From: Pavona decussata
Taxonomy: Eukaryota
Length of the DNA stretch: 64,000 nt
NCBI GenBank assembly: GCA_977016875.1
Contig: CDRNST010000112.1
Coordinates: forward strand, 1,240,001 to 1,304,000
Direction of reading: 5' to 3'
A program made the translations under genes and the position numbers. Shown piece by piece: positions 48,501 through 60,900 of this stretch. Under the pieces are notes generated by a model. That model saw only the letters and a list, made by a program, of their open reading frames with translations. It had not been told where the DNA came from and made no database searches. Within the stretch, counting starts at the first letter, position 1. Each line of letters starts with the position of its first letter.

Positions 48501-51500
48501 CAACGGCGAACGAGACCAGTTTCACGAAGTGGTGTTACACGGTGAAACTCTTGTTTTTTCACCACTGCGACCGTTGCGAGCCGTTGCAGAAGTAGAAAGC
48601 GGTTCTACTTTTCGAGAAACTTGTCTCGCAACGGAAGTTCGAAAAAGTTTCACGAAACCGATCATGTTACACGGTGCAACGCCTGCTGAAACTTTTCAGC
48701 TAAAAGTTTCAACGTGAAACGGCGGCTTTAGCCTGTTCTTCTGTGTATCGTGAAATTCTGAAAGTGTGACCTTTCAAGTGAAAGCTAGGAAGTGAAAGCT
48801 ATTAAGTTTTCTGCGGCGCCATACGTTGCACATAGGCTGTATATAATGCGGCTCTCACTATTGAGTCTATGATCAAAATCTTTTAGCGTAGCTGTTCAAA
48901 TGAATGTTATTGAGCAGTCCTTTCCTGTAATGCTGTTCACTGTGTTTTCAGGGTGTTAAAACTTTAGAGTCTTTGGTATAAACTGTAATCTATGAGCTAC
49001 CAAGCAGAACCTTCCTTAATCGCCGTGGCAAAAGTTCGAGTCTCGTTTAAGCTCAACGTTTTTAAGACTCCCCAACCCGTAACTTGAAGAACCCGTCCCA
49101 ACATTGCAATCAACGGTTGGGAGGCTAAACAAAGATATCAGGTCGGCCTAAGAATAGGAAACAGAATTTGGGCTAAAAACCGTACAAATTAACCAGACAG
49201 CAGTTTACTGATTGTTCCACTTAAGTAAAGTCGCGGAAATTGAGGTTCCAAGAAAATAATGGAAATTTTAAGTGCGATTTGCTCACAATATAAACTACCA
49301 ACTAGCCTGTGAACAGGCTCCCGTAGCCGGATAGGGCGAAGGAAATGGCGAAGGAAAAGGCCGCGAGCGAAGCGAGCCGAGTGAAGCTGGCCGAGGGGGT
49401 CCCTCCTCCCCCCTAGTCCTCCCTCGGCCAGCTCCCCTCTCGGCACAGTTTTCCCCCGGCTCGCTTCGCTCGCGGTGTTTTCTTTCGTCCTATCCCCTAC
49501 CGTAGCCTGTTCACAGGCTAACTACCAACGATTTTCGTTGATTTCGTTTTTTTCCTCAATTCGTTTTGATTGTGAGTTTCAGATGCTGTACAGCGGTGAG
49601 AGAAACTCGCACGCAACATCACCACAAAACACATCAAATTTCAAATATCCCTTGGGTGATCCCCAAGGTAACTTTCATGAATGCTGGCATCGCATGCGCT
49701 CTGCACCCACCGCCGTACAACAATTCAAACCCAGCAATCAAACCGCCATGAAAATTACCGAAAATCACCGGTAGTTTACGCGATCAAGCGATCCGAAATT
49801 GCACTTAAAAGCAGCGCAAGAAAGCGCCCAAACATTACAGCAGAAATCATGTGTCGACTGCCCATATCAGCCGTTAGAAGGAATAAGCGAGCTTTTACCT
49901 GCACTGATTCATTCTGAAAACGTCTGTAGTGTTCAGTCTCCATCTTCATGCACTGAGCTTGTGTCACCTATCAACAAAAGTGTTTAATACCTTACTACAC
50001 TAATACTTTAATACGTTTAATGTCACCATGATCTGAAGTCAGTTATATTTTATTATGAGTCTTATAGTGCTGAGTATGACGTACATTTTGTACCTCATGG
50101 TGTTTAAAGGAAACCTCCACTCCGACAACAAATTGACGGTAAGAGAAAGAAAGAGTATCTAAATTCTAAATTTTAGTTTCAAAGTAGAAATAACATTCAA
50201 GTGCGCAAAAAATTAGATATGATTATCGCCTATTTTCGATTTTAAATTTCCCCGGCGCCGCCATTTTGGATTTCATGACGTCATACGGTTGCCGCCATTG
50301 TCAGCAAGCAGAACTTCAAAAGAACAACCGTATTACGTCATGAAATCCCAGATGGCGGCGCCCAAGAAATTTGATATGAAAAATAGGCGATAATCAATTT
50401 CTGTTTATGTTCGACACAGAAATATTATTTCCATGTTTTCCATCGAAATTTGAAATTAGATTGTATCTTCAACAATTTTACGTTAATTTATTTCAAGAGT
50501 GGAGGTTTCCTTTGACAAAGTATCCCTTTTAATAACTTCTCCCCAGTACTTTTATAAGAGAAGTATGGAAACAAGATAGGAGAATTTGTTCTTTGATATT
50601 AGGGATTAAAGGGTTAACTAGTAATCACCAACGAGAGGTTCAAGTTTGTGTTTTACGTTTGTTCGATACAATCTCCCTCCGCATCCATCACGTCGGCTTG
50701 GTCGAAATTCTTCGTTCGCGATCTCGAAGAACTTCTAAAAAAAGAAACGCGGTGAAGAGATTGAATGGTCCACTGTGTTCATACCTGAGTAAGAAATAGA
50801 GTATCCTTGTATTTCTTCAGGGAATCTAACGAATTGGGCAATTTAAAGTGCTTACTCGCTTGATCCAACATCTGTTCATTACCTGCGGTACAAAAGAGGG
50901 AAGCCTTGATGATAGCTCAAACCGTAACCTCAACAACAACTCAGCCAATTCGTAATAATATCATTTTTTTTTTAATTTATTTTTGTTTTTCGTTCATTTA
51001 ATTCTTAATCCTCACTAGTTGTGAAATCGTACCACGTCCTTTACATGACCCATACGCGGTTTACATTTCAAATTCCAAGGTAGACAGCCCAGTAACTATC
51101 ATGGGTCTCTTGGTCTCTTTGATCTTTTTGAACAACCGCGGTCACATTTCTTCAACCAAGAGCGCGGGACCAGTCACACACAATTTTATTCTGTGATTGA
51201 GTGTATCGTCGTCATTACACTAACCATTTCCGTGGTGCTGCCGATGATCCATAAATTCACTGTTATATGTCCAGTCCTCCGGTACAGACACCTCAGCTAT
51301 CGTTTCAAAAGACGGGTAGGACTGGAAACCATACTCAGATGCAAAGCGCGGCTTAGGGTAGCCACTCACATTCCAGCAATCCATTTTGTAGTCGTAAAAG
51401 TGCACTGAGAAGAGATGGAATAGAATTTCTCATCAATGGCAATTCTATGAGACGTGCATTGTAAAGGAACAGAGAAACTTTACTACTTTTGTGGGATCAC

Positions 51501-54500
51501 GAAAGGTTTTAGGGAAGTGCTCAAAACTACTATACTCGAACAGGATCCACCAAACCACAAAATAGATGGTGGTCTCTGCCTGCACCCCCCTTCCTCAACC
51601 TCAAAAGATGGTGTCTTTCTTGCATAGCCACCACTCTATCCAGCAGTAAAAATGACAGTGAGATTCAAATCTCACTTTTCTTATTTAGCCAGCAATTCTG
51701 ACTCTTGCTAGCTGAACATTTCTGTGTCAACGTAGTTTTAAAGCCCATAAAATTTTGTCGGTAATGTTCGCGAGATAGGTGGTGTCTTCGATAGCCCCCT
51801 AATCCAGACAAGGTAGGTCCTCTTTGAACAACAAACGTAAACTTTAAAGGGCATTGAGTGCGACATTTGCTACTTCACTTCTATACCATCGAAATTCTAT
51901 TTTTTTTTTCCACAGAAAAGTGAAATCTTGCTACATCCGCACAATTTGGATCTTCAGTTGTCATCGTTAGCATTGTATCATTTGTGAAAGAAGGTCAGGA
52001 CTTCATTCAGCCCATTTCACTGATGCTGTTCAACGCGCACTATTTTTACGAGGAGGGCTTATATTCAGAATCTTATGGTGTTCGGGAAAAAGATTTTATT
52101 GGTTGATCAACCCCATTTACCAATATTTTACCTTCATTTTAAAAACGTGCAAGACATCCACGAGAATACGAAATATTGCTGAGCCATCCATCGTCCCCTT
52201 TTTATTCCATCACTTAGCAACTCTCCAAAGAGGCTGCTGGTTGTTTGGCCACCTCCCACAAGATTCACCCGACGACCGCCCTCGCCACATCGGTTTACCA
52301 GCCAACTCCCCAATAGGGTCCACCACTTTTTATCACACCCACTCCTACTTCTTTACCATCCCGCCCGGTACTCTTTGACCCACCCCTCCCTTGTGTCAGG
52401 AGCCCATTACTAATGTAATGGGTAATGGGTAATGGGTAACGGGCTCCTGCTTGTGTATTATATGGCTTACCATCTCCCCAGTAGGGACTGCCTGGGTTTT
52501 TCGCCACCCACCCTTCTTTCTCTGTATCCACTCCATTTGAAGGAGACGAGGAGAGGAAAGGCCGACTTTCATCCTCTTCCTCCAACGTCTCTCGTATCGT
52601 ATCTATAAACAGCTGAAAAATAAAATAGCACGCGAAAGCTAAGCTGCAACTCGTCAGTGAAAATGATGAAGGAATTGATCGTTTAGGAAAGAGAAGAGTG
52701 TTGGAGCGCCCAGCAACTGATCAACCTCTGACTGACCGGTACATCTTAATACAAAGATACTTGCCCGGTTTATAACTATATGCGGGAAAAGCAGACCTTA
52801 GCAGGGGCTATATGAATCCAAAAGAAAATTGGGGGTAACCACGCGTATTTCAGAGATAACTGGCAACAAAAGGTCTAAAATCTCTACATAACAATACAAT
52901 ACAAAAATACCTTGTTTGCGTTATTGACCAAGCGTGAGGTCAAGATGGCTGGATATTGGCCAAGTTTTCTTGCGTTTTTCGTCTCGGTCATAAAAACGCA
53001 AAAACGCAATTATCCAGCCATCTTGACCTCACACTTGGTCAATAACGCATATGCATTACTACTCACCGTCCTTAAGAAACTCAGGTTTCTCCGGACACTC
53101 CCAAGATGCACAAAGCGTGTCAGCAATAGCAAAACGACCCCCATTCCTTTAAGAAATGGTGCAAAGGTATATCGAACTGGAGGGTGGGGAAGAAGTTGGG
53201 GGAAAAACTTTTGTGATGTGGTCTTGCCCCAGGGCTTTGTTCGCGCTCTGTCTATTTTGCATTCTCCAAAAATTGTGTGGATTACCTTAAAAATGGAACC
53301 CCAATAAAGACTCCATGGGAACATTCAACAGAACTTACCTTGACATAATCACTGGTGTATCTCGAATACATGGAAGTCGTGTTGTACCTGCGGGTATTAA
53401 AATAACAAGATAACTGGTAAATTGCAAAAATGGTGAGTGCTGTGGTTAGAACAGGAAAGATAACACAATCTTCTTTGGTTGTTCCAACCAGAACTAACTG
53501 TTGGTCTGGTCCGCATTTCATTTTCCCGCCAACCTCTCAGCCGAGTAATCATAACCAAGAAGCGTCTTGCCTTATGCAAGGGTCGCTATATTGGCGAAGG
53601 GGATCAAACACCGCCTGAGGAAACAGCCGGGCACGGACGCAGCGACAAAGGTAACGTAAAATTATTCTCAACGTAAATATAAGCCTCCCTCAACTATAAG
53701 ACGTTCAAATCTAAACACGAAAATCCTTCAATTCCGATAATGGACCCAGCCTCATGGACTGCAAGTTGACCACGCTTGCATATTTAAACCTATGAAAGTT
53801 TTGAAAAGCAAAATTTCAGCCAACAATAAAATACCAGACAGTTAAGCCTTAATAGCCCCTTAAACGAATATAATTCCTGGAAAAATGTTAAGAATTTGAC
53901 AGGTGCACACAGGAATAAAAAATATATCTCCAATGTATAAAGGGTATATTCAACATTTGCCAAAACTCCTTACTTAGCTGGAGCTCAAAATCAAGTAGCT
54001 GCCATTAATAATTTCCCTGTAATGATAGATGTCGAAACAAAATACTAAGCAAAGGCGTATATTACATCAAGAAACAAAAGAGGAAAGCTAAAACTAAGGG
54101 AGGGCTGCAATAAACATTGGCACATCCAATGAGATAAAATAATCGGGGTTGCGCTCTCGTTCTTCACGCCTCGCGGCTTCGCTGCTCACTTCCCGCGCGT
54201 TGGCCAAGCAGTCTTCGAATCGCGCTCACTTTACCATCTTCAATTAAAGATAATCAAGACTTTTCGTCATCTAATAATGCGAGGAAATGGACCACTCTTC
54301 ACTCAAACTCACCAGTTTTCTGCCAGCGCTGCTTCAATTTCATTGTTGCCACTCCACACCATGAGGGATGGGTGATGGTGCAAACGCCGCACCTGCGAAT
54401 GACAAATGCATTCCGGTTCATGATCTCTTCACGTTCTTGTTTGATTCTGCAGATGTATGGCGGTGAAGACACAGGAAAAGAAAGAGTTTCCAAAGCTTGT

Positions 54501-54827
54501 GTGGCAGGCACAGAGAGGGGACCGGAAGGGGATTATGGATTGAGCGGGAAATATGGGGGGCTTACCATGTACATGTACACAAACCACCCCTTTGGAATCG
54601 AGGTGTAAATATTGAATGATTCAGCTTGCCCTAATGGGAGATGGATAGCGTACCAAATGTAACAGTATCAACAGAAAAGCTCAGAAAGAGGAGCAGTGGT
54701 ACATCATTTTATAACCAGAAACCCGCAATTTCCCGTAATTCCTGTACTCTGTCCTTTTCAAGCCTTGGTGAAGGGAATCGCTCCTTGTAAGCATGCTTTG
54801 AAATGATGAAAGGAATTATGAACTCCT

Positions 54828-54863
<36 letters not shown>

Positions 54864-54868
54864 GTTGT

Positions 54869-54907
<39 letters not shown>

Positions 54908-57900
54908 CGTGACCATTGACAGAAAACGTCATCTGTTCTGCACGCATTGCGTGCCTATGCCAGCTGTCCCTCGCGCACGTGAGTTCTGACCTTTCCCACC
55001 CTCTTCCCTTTATGAAAAATAGCGGGGATTTTTAATTGCGTTACACAGATGCCCCTCCCACATTTTCTTGAAGAAGGGGAGGATAGCTGTGCCTAGGCGG
55101 AGGAGTTTTCTGGAAAGATGTTAAGATCATCAAATGTTGAGTACAAAAACCTACCTGATATCGTACTTCCTCCTTCACTGAATCTAAGAATCCCGTGTCG
55201 GCTGGATACAAGGCGCAGGCAAACATGAATTCTTCCCACACAAGTAACCTGAAAAAACAATTGCTCATTGATAATAAATTTCAGATTATTCCATCACACA
55301 GTACACGCTTACAAATTCTGAATCTGGTGCACATTATACGGAAATGTATCACCACATTAGTATATTCTACATTTATTAAAAACTGGATCATTGGTATAAT
55401 GCATTTCCAGGGATTTGATTGGCTTAGCAACCATGGTATATGAGCCATTACACCATGCTCGATACTCTGGTAGTTCTTACAAAGCGGAATCAGCAAGATC
55501 TAGCGAAATTTCTTAAGCGTTTTTAATAAAACAATTATTCCAATCCCGTTTGTTGCATATGAGATGATTATAGCCAACTCGGTGCGTATCTCATCTCCAA
55601 CGCCGGCTCGTGGAATAATTGTTAAATACATCGCTGATTTGCCAGCCGGGAGGTCCGCATAGGAAAAAACTGTGCCCGCGGTCTAGCAGAGGGCCTTATT
55701 CCAGACCGAAGGCCAGTAAATAACCTGGGTTTTTTTTTTCTTAACCGTGTTTGCTGGTCGCTGGCCCACTTCAGTCATGGTGAAGCTTGCCAAGATTTCT
55801 TCATTCACGCATTCTTTGTCTGCTTCATCTGGCTAATAAAATTCACTTTCACTACGGAAACTTTCGTCAGAATCGACTATTTTTAGCGAGAAATTTCAAT
55901 AATACTACTGCAAACAACGCTTAAACGTTTAAGACAAGGTTAAGGTACTTGAACAGCGTTTAAAGACTTATGATATCAAGGAGGGCAATTGAGCCACATT
56001 CACGGCTCACAGATAAGTTGTCTGAGCGGAATTGAGAGAGACACACAAAATTTAGCGAACTGCCGTCTCGCAGCTGACATTGCAAATCCCTGAGGATGGA
56101 TTTACAAGGCTGCTAGAGAGATGCCCAGTCGCTATTACCAGAGTTTTATGCCTGCCTCACCTGCCTCCCTTAACAGCATTAGAAGTAAAAATAGACTGCA
56201 AAAAAGTATTAATTTGAAAGTTTTGAAGGGAGATGCAAATCGCCAATAGCGCTAGTCTGTTTCAGGCGTTAAGAAAGTGAGGAGCGGTACGAAGAATATT
56301 GCGATGCGAACGAATAGTCTCTTCTCGTTTTTTCGCGCTCGCCTAAAACGAGCTACATGTACAGTAACGTGAACTACTCAAATAAAACAACGTCAGAACA
56401 AAATACTGTTTGTCTAGCCTTGATTCTCTGACTCTTTACGGAATAACGAAATTCAAAAGTATCATGTCTTCGAGTTAAATTATGCATTGCCAAATGCTCT
56501 ACCCCAATTCATCTGCTATTTTGTAGAAATCATCATGTTGATAGATCCCTCCTCCCCAGTTCCTCACGACATTCATGTGTACGTCAGCAGCGGACTGGAG
56601 AAGGTTCCTGAGAACAGAGCTTGTTACACGGTCCTCAAAGGCATCTGGGAAGGAGAGAAAAACATTTCAATGCTAACTGCCGGCAAGTCCTAGTATTTTC
56701 ATTGGATTTCACGCTCCAGATTGCATGGTACTCTGTCAAGCCTTGCATTTCAAATTGGTCCAATACTAACATTATCACCTTAGAGAATCAAAACAGATAA
56801 ATGTATCACGTGGCAAATAATTTTCAGCTAATCATATACGATGTAATTACCTGCTGGAATCCAATTGGCTCCTTTGAGAAATATTGGCAAATCATTGATT
56901 TCAAAGTGAAATCCTAGTCCTGAAAAAAAAAATGCCAACCTCTTAATGGTTGTAAACAATTATCCACTTTCTTAAATTGTCGCTACTAAAGTATCCAAGA
57001 AACTGGCCAATGTAGAATTTTTACCTGCTCCCATGGGTATACAGCTCATTATCCCATAACCCCAAGAAATCTAATTTATCCATTTAAGCGAATTATTCTA
57101 GTTTTTCTGCCTCTTCAAATTACGTGATGCACTGATGCACTGCCTCGTGATAGGAAGAATATTTTCGTTTTGACCAATTAAATGTTTTTTTTTTTTTAAA
57201 TTAACAGTATAAATACTATACAGATAAAATAACACATGCAAAACTTCAACACTAGAGTGCATATAAGCCACACAACAGAGCATGTCACAAGCAACTTGAC
57301 ACCACATTATTCTTTGATAGGTGTCCTGGTCACCTCCGCATAGATTTATTGTAATATAACAGGTAGCTTAAGAACATCTTATTAATAAGAACTTTTCAAA
57401 TTGCCAAAAATATAAGAATGCTCAGCCTCATTAGATGTTCTTATGAAAAAAGGGTATTTCTATCAAATCCTCTTAATCCCTGTTAGATCTGAAAACATTG
57501 GACTAGCCTGGGTCTCCCTCTATTGGCTCCTGTACAAGTTTAACTTTTCTGAAACCAATGTTACGAGTTATGCTTGACTGCTCCTCACCAGAGCTGCTCA
57601 AAAACACTACCTGCAATGATTAAATGAATACATCAGTGTGAATTCCCCAACAATCAAGTTTCCTTTGGGCACATGCCATCCATGACTTTCTATCAAACCA
57701 ACATATGTGACTAGTATGAAAAAAAACCAGCAAGGAATATTTGTAGGAATGAGCCATATTTTCGCATAGGATCACTGTAATAATCTGTTATATGAATGTG
57801 AACAGGCAATTCCACTCTTCCCATCATTTTCTCCCATCTTCCTCCTCTCCCTCTTCCTTTGTAGGATAGTTCTCAGCAAGCCAGCTAAATGTCGGATGTC

Positions 57901-60900
57901 ACCAGTGACAAGTAGCAGAAGGATTTAACTGACAGGAGGGTGCAAATTAGGATTTTTTTTGAGGGGGGGGGGAGGGAAGGTAGATTCATATTTTTTTTCA
58001 TAATTTTTGGGTGGGCAAAAGTTTGCCCTTTTTGGGGGGGAGGGGCTGGTGATATTCTGTAAGTTATTTTTCTCTTAGAGATACCGGGTGCTTATCATTT
58101 GGCCACAAAATCAAAGTCAAATGGTAAGGTAATTTCCTGGAAATTCCATTCGGAAATTGTGGAGTACCTTCAGAGGTACTCAGACTCTTTTTCCATTAAT
58201 TTTGGAACGGAACGGCGGAAAATTCCTCCGCCGAATGAATCCTCAGCCTTTTCCGGCTAATCTAAAGCAGGACGGAATGCCTGATAGATAAATGGTATGC
58301 GCAATCTCATCCGGTTGGTTAGTTGAATTCGGGAAATCCCTTAACATTATGTAACGGTTACACCAACCGGATTTTTCCTACAAATTGTAAGCACCCACCA
58401 TATTTCCTTGAATAAGCACCCACGCTCTCATAAACACCCTCAGCCCCAAACAAGTGCCGATATATTTCGCATAAACAATAACGATAGCAATATAATAGTG
58501 ATTCACCTTGATTGCATAAAGATTCTGTTCTCCATAGCCCTGGGGCCACCAGGGTTTCACATCATCTTTCTCCGAGAAAGTCATAACTGGTAAATTAACT
58601 CTTTGTAAGCCCTGTGACAGTTTTAAGACAACTTTCTCAGAGCGTGCCAACTGGGGAAGGCTGAGATGTAGGGTACCAGAAACTCCTTCATCAGCTGCAT
58701 CTATGAAAACTGTCACTGACAACTGCCAGGTAACATTAACTGACCCAACTGAAAAACAAAATTAGATATTAAGTCAATCAGAGCATTGCAATATTTATTA
58801 ATCATTTTTGTTAAGGTGATTGGAAGAAAATCCTTAGATTGTTTGAACTTTCTCTTATAAATCTGTCCTTGTTTTTGTCGGTTTGTTTCTTTTTTTTTTC
58901 ACCAAAAGTGTATATTTGTCAGACATTTGATAGATTCTTATCAAGTCACGCCAGTCCACCACTGTCCATCCACATATGGTATGATTATTAAGCCCCTCCG
59001 TCTCAAGACTGCTCGCTCTCTTATAATAACCCCCCTCCCTCTACCTTGAAGTACCCCCTCTGCTCTATTTTAAGCCCCCCTCTACCCTCAGTTAGTGGAA
59101 AGAGTCAGAAGAGTCTTGCCCATGAGTCAAGTTAGGAATTTCTGTCTCCAGGCACAAAAAAGAAATTAACAAACATTAATTTCTCTGCATCCACAAAACC
59201 AGAAGAGAGAAGCAAAGGAATTTTTTTAGTATTAAAGAACAAATGTTTGAACATCATGAACTAGCAAAAGAATGGATTCTTGCACACAAGCCTCACATAA
59301 TAATTAACACATCTCTCTCCAGTCTCAATATTTTCATGTCCTCGCTCTCTCTGGAATTTTTTGGGAGTTTGTTTTGTAGTGTATTAAAATATGATATATA
59401 AAGAGAAAAATTATGACAAAAGCAAAAAAACAAGTCCAAAATAATGAAGGTGTTCAGAGAATTAACAATAAAGTTACCTTTTGTAGGTGTTACAGTGATA
59501 TCCCTAATAACAGCTGAGTTGTATGCTTGTAAAGACACATTGCGCCTGTAGGTTAAGGAAACAAAAATTTAAAAATGTGTTACGAGGTTTCCTGAGGACA
59601 AGAATGAGTGCAGTCATGGTCCAGCAAGTGGAATGACAAGCAACTGAGTTTTAACTGGTATGTGGAAAAAATGATCAATTAAGCTTGGTTCTCAGGGTCC
59701 AAATGTACAGTCAAAAATCCCATAAGAGAACTCTTCTGGCACTACATTTATGCAGATACTACAAATTATCAAAGACAAAAGGGTTGGGACAAATTTGCAT
59801 TTAGGGTGTTTCCCTACTACGTGACAGAACACAGTACACTCAAATGAAAAATCTTCCATTCTCCGAGCCACACCCCCTTACAATTGTCGAGTCCATGTAA
59901 GAAAAATGCCTTACAAATGGACGTCAACATTATCTTGGGGGAAGGGTTGGGGTGAGTAAGATGTCTTTTAAACAGATAACATGGCTTAGCATACTTTGGA
60001 ACATTTTCTGTCCTAAGCCCTTTTGTCCAGCACTGTAGCTTTCCCATTTATCATGAAGAAGGTTCTGATCAAGAACTTACCAGATTCCCTGTGGGACAAA
60101 TGCAGGTCCCCAATCCTGAAAGAGATATGAAAAATGTATTTGATATTTTTATTACAAACTGCTAATGTTAGGACATTCCCTCTAACCATCTGCTGTGAGG
60201 TGAAGTGATTATAATTTTTGGTGCATTAAGTCTACCACTCTTGATGTTAAAAAATAAATTCTCTCTTGACTACTGTGATCTGCTTTCTGATGAGAGTTTT
60301 CATAAATATACCTGTAATATAGGTATTAATAATAGTTATTTGTGCACAGAGGATGATGTCTTAAGGAGCATGAGGGAGGAGGGGCATGTATGCATTTGAA
60401 GATGCCATTCAGGAGAGGTTGGTCATTCCACATTTTAGGGGTGAATGAGTAGATTGATTCTGGGGTGTCGAAATAAAATGAGCATTATTCAGATACACAT
60501 GAAACACCCTTCCTGGCCATAAGACTACACACAAAAAAGATCTCACACTTACTCAGCAACTGTTTTGGCAATGTTTATAAATAAATGAGGAAAAATGTGA
60601 ATGTGTGATATGACATTATTTTTGACCACAGAATGACATGATGTTTGCTTTAGAAAGTGACGGCAGAACTTTTGCTTTCTTGTTTTGAATATGGCTGTCC
60701 TTTAGTACATTCTGACATCAGCAGGTTAGTTAACATACATACATCTCGAGATAAAAGTTTTTTTTTATTTCCATGCAGGAAAGCATGACTAGTCACCAAC
60801 CATAGAAACATCAACATTTTTGCTGCTAAAGATGCCCAGTGTAGACCTCAGACTAAAATACAGTATATATACTAAGAAATATTAAATTTACAACTTTGGA

